DNA of 64,000 nucleotides from a virus. Lineage: Duplodnaviria > Caudoviricetes. Shown here piece after piece: positions 26,589 to 36,182 of this stretch (the stretch's first letter is position 1; every line of letters starts with the position of its first letter). The position numbers were made by a program, and so were the translations under genes. The notes beneath the pieces are model-generated. The model was not told where the DNA came from, searched no databases, and saw nothing but the letters and a program-made list of their open reading frames with translations. The stretch lies in the IMG/VR virus record IMGVR_UViG_3300021431_004525; one strand, given 5' to 3'.

Positions 26589-26611
26589 CAAATAAAAGCG
26601 GTGGAGTTAAT

Positions 26612-26944
26612 CTACCGCCTTAAATTATTCAGCCAATAATGTATTTTGAGAATACGTTTTTCTTTCTTTGTGTGGTTTTCCTCAAATTGTTTCTGATACC
26701 ATTTTTCCTTATCCTTTAAGTATGTTTTATACATACCCCAATATACATCATGGGTTATTTCCGTATCGTTTCTGTCATCGACATATACCATAGCGAAATC
26801 TGTATTTGTTTTTCTATACACCCATAAAACACTGCACCAGAATTTTATAGGATATTGTGGTATATGTTCCCATAGGATTTGAGGATAATAACCGTTCCTA
26901 CACCCTATTAAATAATTCCAAATTGGTCTTAGTATAAACTTCAT
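26612..26944 (-). CDS. hypothetical protein
   Basis: 110 aa; overlaps upstream stop. Confidence 0.65.
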   Translation of the reverse strand: MKFILRPIWNYLIGCRNGYYPQILWEHIPQYPIKFWCSVLWVYRKTNTDFAMVYVDDRNDTEITHDVYWGMYKTYLKDKEKWYQKQFEENHTKKEKRILKIHYWLNNLRR

Positions 26945-27546
26945 GGCATTTCTTCTTTTTTTAATAATTCATCTTCACCATCCGGATTAACCCAATATAT
27001 TTTATTATCATCGTTTCTTCTCCAACGTTGTGGCCTTTCATGCTCTTTGCACCAGTTTTTAACGCAGTTATGACACTCTGTTGTAAGCCAACCTTCAACT
27101 GTCATACCCACATCTTCTTTGCTTCCGCATAGTTCACAAGTCACGCTTGCTTCTTTCTCAGCAGCATCTATAAGTGCCTCTACTTCATCGTTGTAGAAAT
27201 TAAGATATACACATAGTTCACCCCATTTTTCTTTGATTTGGCATATTTCCATACGGTCTTCCTCCGCTTTATCCTTATTGTATTCCTCGATGTAATCGAA
27301 TATAGGCTTAAGTAATTCATGCCAACCTTTTCCACATTCCACACCGAACAATTCAAACGGTTCCCAAGGTATAATGTCAAAATCGTCTTTATTTAACTCC
27401 TGAGTCATTTCCTTATCCTTATAATATTTGTGCGTATATTTTGGAATCGGATGACCGAATAAATTTAAAAATCCGTCACGTACTGCATCATCATAGCAGT
27501 AGTCAGTTTTACCATTTTCTTTTAATCTTATTTTTATTTTTTCCAT
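26941..27546 (-). CDS. conserved phage protein with Zn-binding motif
   Basis: GW..L, QIKEKWGELCVY, CELCG...CHNC. Confidence 0.75.
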   Translation of the reverse strand: MEKIKIRLKENGKTDYCYDDAVRDGFLNLFGHPIPKYTHKYYKDKEMTQELNKDDFDIIPWEPFELFGVECGKGWHELLKPIFDYIEEYNKDKAEEDRMEICQIKEKWGELCVYLNFYNDEVEALIDAAEKEASVTCELCGSKEDVGMTVEGWLTTECHNCVKNWCKEHERPQRWRRNDDNKIYWVNPDGEDELLKKEEMP

Positions 27547-27713
27547 ACTTATTTGGATATTTATTATATATAATAATTGTGTACAAATGAACGATACGAG
27601 AGAATATTTTGTTTTATATTATGAATATGGGTTTGAAGAGGATTTTATGCATCCTTATCCTTATAGGAGAGACCATACGCTTTATTCAGAAGATTTTGTT
27701 GCAGAACCTTTAA

Positions 27714-28442
27714 CTATATCGTAAACAATTTTTCAACCGCTTTCTTTGTATTAGTCTGATGCATTGCATTGGTGATTTGTTTACTCCATATACATTTAAA
27801 CTCATCCGGCATATTATATTCTGAAACAAATATTGTATGCCCCTTATTTTTCATTTCCTTGCACCACTCATAGAATTTTTCATAATCAAAATTCTTGGAT
27901 GTTGAGTATTGTTTAGTATTCTTATAAGGAATGTCGCAATAAATCAACGAGTTTTCAGGAATTTCCATTTCCCAATAGTTTCCGCTTTGCCATTCAACAC
28001 CTTTAAGTTTTGGAATCTGTTTTAATGTGTTATTTATATTTTCTGAAATATAATCCCTTGATTTGCCGTTAGTGCCTATTACGTTGTGACCGGAGTAACC
28101 CGCATCGACAAATCTTCCATTATATGATGCCATAAATCCTACCCAACCGACTAAATCATCATCATAATTATTGGTGCGTCCATATGCATCATCCCTTATT
28201 TTTGAATAAAATTCTTTTTCAATATGATGACAAAATACTTTATCATTTGTTAATGATTTCCACATCGCTATTAAGTATTTGTTATTATCATTGGCAATAC
28301 GCCTATATTGAGAAGGAACATTTTCTATCACAGAACAACCACCACAAAAAGCATCTACGAATGCTGATTTTTCATCAATTTTCTCAAGCATAATCGGGAG
28401 AATGTCATTAATAATTCTTTGCTTGCTTCCGAGATATTTCAT
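27714..28442 (-). CDS. DNA adenine methyltransferase (Dam/D12 class)
   Basis: KYLGSK, DAFCGG, IYCDIPY (DPPY variant), VSEY. Confidence 0.9.
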   Translation of the reverse strand: MKYLGSKQRIINDILPIMLEKIDEKSAFVDAFCGGCSVIENVPSQYRRIANDNNKYLIAMWKSLTNDKVFCHHIEKEFYSKIRDDAYGRTNNYDDDLVGWVGFMASYNGRFVDAGYSGHNVIGTNGKSRDYISENINNTLKQIPKLKGVEWQSGNYWEMEIPENSLIYCDIPYKNTKQYSTSKNFDYEKFYEWCKEMKNKGHTIFVSEYNMPDEFKCIWSKQITNAMHQTNTKKAVEKLFTI

Positions 28443-28698
28443 ATATTTTACCAGTTTTGTTATGATAATTTATTAGTTTCATTTTTTCATGTACCCAATA
28501 ATCCTTCAAGTCCAATAATTCTTTTTGCTTAATAATATCTTTCTCGCCCTTTATTTTTTCATCTATTTCATTAATGATAGATAAAATTTCTTCAAGAGAT
28601 TTGGTTGGCATTTTCTTATCATAATAAAGAAAATCACCGATAGCAAATAATAAACTCAGCAGACAGAATCCAATTAAAATAAAAATGACTGTTGTCAT
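28408..28698 (-). CDS. hypothetical membrane-anchored protein
   Basis: N-terminal hydrophobic helix. Confidence 0.6.
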   Translation of the reverse strand: MTTVIFILIGFCLLSLLFAIGDFLYYDKKMPTKSLEEILSIINEIDEKIKGEKDIIKQKELLDLKDYWVHEKMKLINYHNKTGKIYEISRKQAKNY

Positions 28699-29261
28699 GG
28701 TGTTTTTGTTTTAAGTTTTAAAATATTTTCTTTTAAAGTGACAATTCTCATTGCTCCAAGTCTTGCTAATTCAAGACGTTGTTCCAAAAACAGTTTTTTC
28801 GCACCGAGCATTTGAGGATATGCTTCTCTGAGTTTATCAGTGCCGAAAGCCCTGAATCTTTTTCCATGAAATACGAAATTCAAATCTTCGTCATATGTTA
28901 TTATGCCGGTATAATCAAAACCGTCCTTTTCATTTCTTTTTTCAAATTCCTCTTCAAGTTTATCCCTAACTTTTTCAAATATTGAAATTGGTACACAATA
29001 GTAAAAATATTTTATTATAGGATTATTGTGATGGTTATGTTTCTTTTTGAAATCGGCTAAGAAATCACTCCAAGAACGTTTTATCTCAATCTCTGTGAGA
29101 TATCCCGATTTAGATAAAACCAACATATCACATTCGTGGTGTATAGGAAGATTCTCGCTTATGCCATTCACGTTAAACACGACAATGTTTTTAATGAAAT
29201 TGAATTTATCGTGTCTTGCCAATCCGGTTTCTATTTCTAATAAATCTCTTTTTGTATCCAT
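28695..29261 (-). CDS. PD-(D/E)xK nuclease (MmcB-like)
   Basis: ECDMLVL...TEIEIKRSWSDFLADFKK...YFYYCVP. Confidence 0.7.
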   Translation of the reverse strand: MDTKRDLLEIETGLARHDKFNFIKNIVVFNVNGISENLPIHHECDMLVLSKSGYLTEIEIKRSWSDFLADFKKKHNHHNNPIIKYFYYCVPISIFEKVRDKLEEEFEKRNEKDGFDYTGIITYDEDLNFVFHGKRFRAFGTDKLREAYPQMLGAKKLFLEQRLELARLGAMRIVTLKENILKLKTKTP

Positions 29262-29426
29262 ATCTTATGCAAAGATACTAAAAAAATTCCATTAAACAAA
29301 TTTTTTAGGTTAAAAAAACAAAAATACGCCAAGTTTTTATTCCTTGGCGCAAAAATATAAAAGAATTATGGAAAGAAATGATTTAGTATTATAGTAATAA
29401 ATAGTTGAAAAAAGATGAAAATACAA

Positions 29427-29762
29427 TTAGGCCATATTGCTTTCTGCTTCGACATGGAAACATTTAGGGCATTGCCATATTCCAAATGCTTGATATTCAG
29501 TTTTATCCCATTTTCCATCCTCATCACAATGACCAATTACTCTGTTATCTTTTTCATCATGTTCATCATATATAGACATAAGGAAAGGCATTTGCGTACC
29601 ACATTTAGGACATTTTTTGAATTTTTTGAAATCCGCCTGTGTCGTATGTGTATTAGCGTCCTGTTCTTCTGCTGTTGAAACCTTTATTGCTTCAGTTAGG
29701 TTTTTTACTTGTTGTTCGCTAATAACAACCGTATGTTTATTTAAATTAGTAAAAAGTTTCAT
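29427..29762 (-). CDS. leader-tagged zinc-ribbon protein
   Basis: VVISEQQVKNLTE; CPKCG...CPKC. Confidence 0.7.
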   Translation of the reverse strand: MKLFTNLNKHTVVISEQQVKNLTEAIKVSTAEEQDANTHTTQADFKKFKKCPKCGTQMPFLMSIYDEHDEKDNRVIGHCDEDGKWDKTEYQAFGIWQCPKCFHVEAESNMA

Positions 29763-29774
29763 TTATCGTTAGTA

Positions 29775-30971
29775 TTATTTTTTATAATATTCATCCAAAA
29801 TGGCATCACTTAAACCGTGGTCTAATATTACGATTAAATCTTTGTTATAACGTCTTACCATGCCATAATTTGCAATTCTTGTTAAATCACCCATTGGGGC
29901 TTGGTAACTAGTCATATAGTCATATATGTCATGTAGGGTATCATTATTTTCAATAAGATTGTAGAATTGTTCATCTGGCATTTTAGAATAAGATGTTCTA
30001 CGAAACCTGTTTCTATCATACTCATTATAACAAGAGCCAATGAACGAAACAAATTCATCCCATGTCATACCAAGGCAATGCTTAAAATCTTCAGGTTTAG
30101 CCGGCAATACATACTCACATACTATCCAACTATCATTGGCATCATCACAATCAAAAATTTTTGGAAAGCAATCGAGGGACTGTTTATACCATTCTGATTC
30201 ATGTTCATTTTGAGCGATGCCTTTTTGGTTTTTAGCAAGTTTAAGACACGTTTGGTCATTTATTTGAAAAACTACTCTTGAAGAACCGTTGCCTATTATT
30301 TTTCCAAGATGTTCCTTACAATATGCAAGACGCTGATTAAAAGAATTAATAGATGATAACATCTGTAATGAAAACTGTGAATCTTGTGCTTCTGTTAAAC
30401 GATTTCTGCTTTCATCGGTACGATATACAAGTTTTGAAGGTTGCATTGATTGTATTGGATTTGGTTTCAAAATATACCAAGTATTACCTCCATCAAGGCT
30501 AAATTCCCAGAACGTTTTAGACATTTGTCCTGTACGTTTCGATGTCCCTTGAAATGTTTCAGATGTGATGGTCCTATATTTAACTGAACGTCTGTTTCTA
30601 GTTGCTGCGCCATTAATAGTATCTATAGAACGTCTTAATTCTTTTTCTGCTCCGGCACCACGTCCGAATAAACTTAATGTTGATTCAATTTTGTCATTAC
30701 CGAAATTTTTAATTTTGTATATAATGAATTTGTTATCAGAGACAACAATATTATTACCGGAACGGAAATTCTGTCCATTTGTATCAAATGTGGATACTTG
30801 GGAAACCACGTCATGTGCCGCATGACCACCATTATCAGCGTATAATGGGTTATGTCCAAGATTCCTGCTTACATCTGTATGTGAGTTATGTGGCGTTGCC
30901 GTTGTGTCAAATCGCCCTTCATTTATAAATTCTCTTATTACTTCTCTTACGATATTTCTAATATTTTCCAT
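29775..30971 (-). CDS. leader-tagged two-module protein with C-terminal protein-kinase-like domain
   Basis: IRNIVREVIREFINE; after RLTE: IGNGSSRVVF, LKLAK, NEHE, GDLTRIANYG, ILDHG; start reassigned to MENIR. Confidence 0.7.
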   Translation of the reverse strand: MENIRNIVREVIREFINEGRFDTTATPHNSHTDVSRNLGHNPLYADNGGHAAHDVVSQVSTFDTNGQNFRSGNNIVVSDNKFIIYKIKNFGNDKIESTLSLFGRGAGAEKELRRSIDTINGAATRNRRSVKYRTITSETFQGTSKRTGQMSKTFWEFSLDGGNTWYILKPNPIQSMQPSKLVYRTDESRNRLTEAQDSQFSLQMLSSINSFNQRLAYCKEHLGKIIGNGSSRVVFQINDQTCLKLAKNQKGIAQNEHESEWYKQSLDCFPKIFDCDDANDSWIVCEYVLPAKPEDFKHCLGMTWDEFVSFIGSCYNEYDRNRFRRTSYSKMPDEQFYNLIENNDTLHDIYDYMTSYQAPMGDLTRIANYGMVRRYNKDLIVILDHGLSDAILDEYYKK

Positions 30972-31053
30972 AGGAAAAACCATCAATATTTTATAAATAT
31001 CGGGTAAAAACCTCAAAATAACAACTATTTATATACAAACATACGAGAAAAAG

Positions 31054-31383
31054 ATGAATGCATTTAACGAATACGGATATGACGAGAGTATAAACACCAT
31101 AACCATTCCAGAGGAAACAAGGACTAAGTGGGGAGAGTGGAAGAAGGAAACCCGTGATTGGAGAAAATACATAGAAAACCATATTGACGAAAAGCATGAT
31201 GAAACGCAAAATCACGTTACATCTGAAACAAACCGTGCAATAAACGATATTAAGACAGCCATTACCGCATCACGTGACTATGTTGTGGATAATGTTAATA
31301 GTAGGGCTAATGAGATAAAGACAAAGATTGACTCAAGCCGTACTGTCATTGACAACATTTGGGATAAGGTAAGGAATTTATAA
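31054..31383 (+). CDS. hypothetical protein
   Basis: 109 aa; late motif at 31026. Confidence 0.75.
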   Translation: MNAFNEYGYDESINTITIPEETRTKWGEWKKETRDWRKYIENHIDEKHDETQNHVTSETNRAINDIKTAITASRDYVVDNVNSRANEIKTKIDSSRTVIDNIWDKVRNL

Positions 31384-31410
31384 ATAAAACCTTAATTTAT
31401 AAAAATATAG

Positions 31411-31800
31411 ATGCCAAGGACATATAGACCATACGAATATGATTATGATACCCCTTATATCGGACGTACCGGTGTAATTGAGAATTATCTTGATAAGAAA
31501 TTCAGTGGTATAAGCATAGATACTGATGAGGTTAAAGAAGTGATTGAAACCTCTGTACACGATTCATTGGGTAATATCGACTGTAAGTTCTGTTCTGTCC
31601 ATAATCATATTGAAAGAGCAAAGAACGAAATCATTGAAAACGGCGGAGGTGGGGGATGCACTTGCAATTTAGCCACGAAGGAAGATATTGCAAATGCCGT
31701 TACACAAATCAATTCACATACGGATGAGAAGTTTGACGAGATTGATTTCTTAAGTCATTTCTCTGACCTTAATCAGCAAATCGCAAATTTAAATAATTAA
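31411..31800 (+). CDS. hypothetical protein
   Basis: 129 aa. Confidence 0.75.
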   Translation: MPRTYRPYEYDYDTPYIGRTGVIENYLDKKFSGISIDTDEVKEVIETSVHDSLGNIDCKFCSVHNHIERAKNEIIENGGGGGCTCNLATKEDIANAVTQINSHTDEKFDEIDFLSHFSDLNQQIANLNN

Positions 31801-31819
31801 TTAAAATAGAAATAATATT

Positions 31820-32053
31820 ATGAGTTACAATAAATCAAATCCTTTTGAGTGGGGTAATGAACCACTTACAGTTAAGAAGGAAGATGCTGAAGAAACCATA
31901 TTCAACACCATTCCAACACAGAAAAATGCAACATATACAGAAGTTCCAGAAGAACAGTTCATTAATACAGCATTTGACAGCTTTGTGGAAAATATAGAGT
32001 CGCCAACGCCACAGTTAAAGAAAATATGTGGAATTGAATGCACAAAATCCTAA
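31820..32053 (+). CDS. hypothetical protein
   Basis: 77 aa. Confidence 0.65.
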   Translation: MSYNKSNPFEWGNEPLTVKKEDAEETIFNTIPTQKNATYTEVPEEQFINTAFDSFVENIESPTPQLKKICGIECTKS

Positions 32054-32075
32054 AACAAAAATAAAGCCGGGGTAT

Positions 32076-33947
32076 TTAACCTCGGCTTTGTTCTGCTATC
32101 TCCATAACCTTTTTCACTTTTTCAACTGCCTTGTTATCACCTTTCTGCATGAATAAGAGTAATTGGTCAAGTAACGCATCATCACTGTCAAACTCTCCGT
32201 CATCATCATAGCGATTCTCTTCCAATACAACACAATTATCATTACTGTGGAAATCGGTGATTTCTGTGGCATTTCTAAGATTGAACTTCGCCATTTCAGC
32301 ATTATTCATTGCTTCCATCGGTTCTTTACCAAGAACTTTACAGACTTTATTCTCAATATATTTAAGTTCTGTCAATATGGCTGTAGGTTCTGCCATACTG
32401 CCGACTGGTGGTACTTCTTTTTCTGAAATGAATCCTAATTTGTTCTTTGGCCTTGTATATGCGACATACTGCAAATTCCTCTCTTGCAGTTTTTCCCAAT
32501 CGTGGTGGGCGAGTTTAGATGGCATCATTGAATGACATAAAATGTATACGTTTTCAGCCTCCAAACCCTTTGCTTTGTGAATTGTTGAAAGACAGACACC
32601 CTTTGCTTCTTCCTTGAATATTTCCTCTATATGTTTTATTAAGTCATGTTTCGTTGTATATCTTTCGGCAAGAATTATCAATGCATTAATAGTATCATAT
32701 TTTTCCATTATGCCCATAGATAATGTTGCATCGTTCATGTCAAGCCCACGTTTTATCATCAGTTTATTACGGTCTGTAAACAACTTGTCATAAAGTCTGA
32801 CAAATACACCATCCTTATCAAGTTTAACATTAAGTTCGTCACAGTCAATATCATCAAGCAACTTAATAAGGTTAGTACCTATATCCTGTCCTTTTATATA
32901 ACAATTGACACCGCGTCTTAACAACTTTATATACAAATTTAACAATGGTGCTTTTGAACGTGCAAGTACCATATCACCATCCTTTATTTCACTTATACGG
33001 CAATTTTGTGCGACAATTCCATCCGGTGCATTTTCCCTGTATTGCATTTCTGGTACTAAATTATTGGCGAACTTTGTTATGTTCTTAGCACATCTATATG
33101 ATACAGGCAAGTCAAATACCGTCGTATTAGGATAGTTACACATATAGTCAAACGCTTCAGGCGATGCACCGGCAAAGAATATAATTGACTGATTTTTATC
33201 ACCGACACAAAAAAATCTTGTTCCACGCTTAAAACAACGAAGGAATAATTCAACAGCCATTTGGCTTGCATCCTGTGCTTCATCAAAGAAAATCCAATCA
33301 AATTGTAATCCTGATGGTTTGAGTGATAATTCATACGGAAGCCATACCATATCCGTGTAGTCTATGGTTTTATAGTTCTCCTTGCCCCATTTGAGACATT
33401 TTAGGGCAACTTCGCATTCATCAAATGAAACCGGTATATCATATCTTATAGCAACCTGTTCTATTTCCTTAACTGACTGTGCGAGGTTAAACCTTGAATA
33501 ATTAATCAACATGGAAATGCTGTCGATATATTCCTCTACCATTTGACGTGTCATAAATGAACTGTTCTCAATGGATGTCAGTTCGGCAATATTATTTTTA
33601 AGATATGTACGGTACTTGTATTCATCAATTTCAATATCATTACCAAGATTTCTACGTACAATTAGATTTCCCAAACTATGAATGGTCTTTACAGTACAGT
33701 TATCATAGCCTTCAAGACGCTTTGTAAGTTCTTCAACAATACTTTTATTAAAAGCAATAAACAAACATTTCTTAGACTTGGGAACAAGTTTCATTGCTGA
33801 TACTATCGTCGAAGTTTTACCGCTACCAGCTGACGCAGATATAACGGCATTTCCGGTTCCGTGTTGAACGAAATCGAAAATTTTCTCCTGATAAGGTGAA
33901 GGTATAAATCCGAAATCTATTGTCTTAGTTTTTGCAGTCTTTGTCAT
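32076..33947 (-). CDS. UvrD/Rep-like SF1 helicase
   Basis: ASAGSGKT, DEAQD, VGDKNQSI, SYRC, STIHKAKGLE, YVAYTR; start reassigned to MTKTAK. Confidence 0.92.
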   Translation of the reverse strand: MTKTAKTKTIDFGFIPSPYQEKIFDFVQHGTGNAVISASAGSGKTSTIVSAMKLVPKSKKCLFIAFNKSIVEELTKRLEGYDNCTVKTIHSLGNLIVRRNLGNDIEIDEYKYRTYLKNNIAELTSIENSSFMTRQMVEEYIDSISMLINYSRFNLAQSVKEIEQVAIRYDIPVSFDECEVALKCLKWGKENYKTIDYTDMVWLPYELSLKPSGLQFDWIFFDEAQDASQMAVELFLRCFKRGTRFFCVGDKNQSIIFFAGASPEAFDYMCNYPNTTVFDLPVSYRCAKNITKFANNLVPEMQYRENAPDGIVAQNCRISEIKDGDMVLARSKAPLLNLYIKLLRRGVNCYIKGQDIGTNLIKLLDDIDCDELNVKLDKDGVFVRLYDKLFTDRNKLMIKRGLDMNDATLSMGIMEKYDTINALIILAERYTTKHDLIKHIEEIFKEEAKGVCLSTIHKAKGLEAENVYILCHSMMPSKLAHHDWEKLQERNLQYVAYTRPKNKLGFISEKEVPPVGSMAEPTAILTELKYIENKVCKVLGKEPMEAMNNAEMAKFNLRNATEITDFHSNDNCVVLEENRYDDDGEFDSDDALLDQLLLFMQKGDNKAVEKVKKVMEIAEQSRG

Positions 33948-34386
33948 TATCTTTTTTATTATGTAAAATCTCCTTAATCGCACTAATCGCCATTTCTAAA
34001 TCGTAGTCATCATCAATGCCAAGGATTTCAAAAAGTTCGTTAATATTCCTTTCACGCCTGCTTACCGTGAATTGTTTAATATATTCCTCAACCGTTTCAG
34101 CAAAATCATCTGGTGTCTTGTAGAGAACTCTGTAAAAATCAAACTCTTCATTATATAACAGATAAAGGATTGAAAGGAAACGGGAATCTACATACCCATC
34201 CCAATTTTCATGCATGAAATCCGATAATTTCTTCTCATCAATGTTGAATATCTCAGATATTTCATTATCACTAAGTCCATGTTTTCTTTTCAAATCAAAA
34301 ATCAAACCACGAATAAAACTTATGAGTTTTCCGTGAAATTTCTCAACCTCATTGTTGAAAATGTCTTTTGTTGTTTCTTTTACCAT
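33925..34386 (-). CDS. hypothetical protein, possible HTH
   Basis: GLSDNEISEIFNIDEKKLS. Confidence 0.6.
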   Translation of the reverse strand: MVKETTKDIFNNEVEKFHGKLISFIRGLIFDLKRKHGLSDNEISEIFNIDEKKLSDFMHENWDGYVDSRFLSILYLLYNEEFDFYRVLYKTPDDFAETVEEYIKQFTVSRRERNINELFEILGIDDDYDLEMAISAIKEILHNKKDNDKDCKN

Positions 34387-34490
34387 TTGTCTAAATTTAA
34401 ATTATATAATTATATTAACTCACGTTTTTCTTTTAAAATCTTATTGAATATTTTCTCAGCATTCAATGAGTCTACTGCATAGAGGTTTCT

Positions 34491-34841
34491 TTATCTTTCA
34501 TAACCATGTGGGGAATAGTCAAACTCAACGCATGGCTCACGTCTGCCTTTTTCATCAAGTATTTCATAATAATATGAATCAGGTTGGCGGTCACGTGTGC
34601 AAAACTCAATTGGGTCTAATTTTTCGTTAATACATTTATGATATGCTTCTTTTGACCACCATATTGTTCTATCATTGTATTCCTTATCCGGTTCCGCCAT
34701 GTCTATATTATAGACATTGCAAGTGCAACCACGTGGAACACAGTCATCACAAAAGTAAAATTTACCTCTTGTGGCCGGTAGATAAAACCATGTTGCTGAT
34801 TTATTACATTTGCTACATTTGTGTATTTTAACTTTTTTCAT
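34491..34841 (-). CDS. Cys-rich hypothetical protein
   Basis: CSKC, CDDCVPRGCTC, GRREPC. Confidence 0.7.
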   Translation of the reverse strand: MKKVKIHKCSKCNKSATWFYLPATRGKFYFCDDCVPRGCTCNVYNIDMAEPDKEYNDRTIWWSKEAYHKCINEKLDPIEFCTRDRQPDSYYYEILDEKGRREPCVEFDYSPHGYER

Positions 34842-34965
34842 TTGAATTTGCGTTTTGCCAAGGCATACAAAAATCGTAATTTACTTCTTCATTCTTAACT
34901 TCATTTACCGTGTTATTAATTGAAGACGGCGAAAAATAATAATTTTCTTGCATATTTTTTAATCT

Positions 34966-35553
34966 TTAGTTATTGGAATAATCTGTTTTACGGTATGTTT
35001 CGAGTTCTTTTTTAAAGGCTTCTGTCTGAACGTAGCCACAACAATTCAATTCACGGCAGAAACCGGAGTATACACAGTTACGTACCATCTTGTCGGCCAT
35101 AACTTTGTCATGTTTGGCAATTTCATCCTTAACCATCTGCCATGCTTCCCTTGTTTCTTTTGAAGCACAAGTACAAAGTCTTTTGCGTGAAACATTAATT
35201 AATGTTTGTGCATTTACTACAAAGTCTTGGTCGTTAGGTGTTCCTTGTGGCAACTCATCCCTTGAACAATTAAGTTCTCTTCTGTCTTCTCTCTGAGAAT
35301 GAATAAATGGTAGCATAAAACCATGCCTGAGTAGATGGACACCAACCCATTGGCGTAAGTTTTTAAATGAAATGAGATATTCAACCAATTTAATAGGTGA
35401 ATGTTCTGCAAGTAACACTTTCGCTTTCCAATTATCAGAAGGTTCTTTGTCAATTGGTTCTTTACCTATTGTTCTCCTTGCGGCATTCAACGCTCTTTTC
35501 CATGAAGTCTCCTGTGTTACTGTTACTAAAAGTTGTCTGTCATTACTGTTCAT
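34966..35553 (-). CDS. thyX: FAD-dependent thymidylate synthase
   Basis: AEHSPI, HLLRH, SQR.DR, RKRLC, CVYSGFCRE; start reassigned to MNSN. Confidence 0.75.
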   Translation of the reverse strand: MNSNDRQLLVTVTQETSWKRALNAARRTIGKEPIDKEPSDNWKAKVLLAEHSPIKLVEYLISFKNLRQWVGVHLLRHGFMLPFIHSQREDRRELNCSRDELPQGTPNDQDFVVNAQTLINVSRKRLCTCASKETREAWQMVKDEIAKHDKVMADKMVRNCVYSGFCRELNCCGYVQTEAFKKELETYRKTDYSNN

Positions 35554-36067
35554 TGATGAAGTCCTCCTCTTTTGTGATACCACCCTCTAACTCTGAATAT
35601 GAGTAGTTTATATTCATTGATTTAAGTAATCTGGTAATTGATACTTGGTTTTCAACACCTTCGTATATCGGCTTGCCATTAAGACTAAGACGGAATTCAC
35701 CGGTTTCACCATTTATTTCCAAATGATATGCAAGATTGGTAAATGCTTCCTCAGTAACCTTATTTTCATTGATGAATTCTTCTTTAAGAGCATCAAGTGT
35801 TTCTTGTGACGTATCTGAAAGCCTTACACCCTTATACTTCTTAGTAATAAACTCGTTTACCGATTTACCGTGTGATTCCGCATTTCTAAACAAGAGATAG
35901 TCATTTACATCAACATCCTTGTAAAGATATGTTCTTCCTTGTTTGAATACCACCTTCAACGCTTTCTTATCTGCGTTTGTGTCATAACACACACTATACA
36001 GTACATTACTACTGTCATACCAAGTGTGGTCTTTGTTGTTAACGTACTTATTATAAACTATTGCCAT
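35543..36067 (-). CDS. KTSC-domain protein
   Basis: SSNV...Y...L.V.FKQGRTYLYKDV...Y..F..AESHGK. Confidence 0.8.
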   Translation of the reverse strand: MAIVYNKYVNNKDHTWYDSSNVLYSVCYDTNADKKALKVVFKQGRTYLYKDVDVNDYLLFRNAESHGKSVNEFITKKYKGVRLSDTSQETLDALKEEFINENKVTEEAFTNLAYHLEINGETGEFRLSLNGKPIYEGVENQVSITRLLKSMNINYSYSELEGGITKEEDFINEQ

Positions 36068-36182
36068 TGTATTTTATTTATTCCAAACGCAAAAATACTA
36101 TTTTATCGCCATATAACCAAATGTTTGGTTGAAAAAAATTACGAATACGCCTATCTTTATGTAAGATTATTGTTAAAAATTA

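Noticed and set aside
34725-34740. Third parS-like sequence CAACCACGTGGAACA
   Set aside because: Only a half match, and it lies inside a CDS (encoding CVPRGC).
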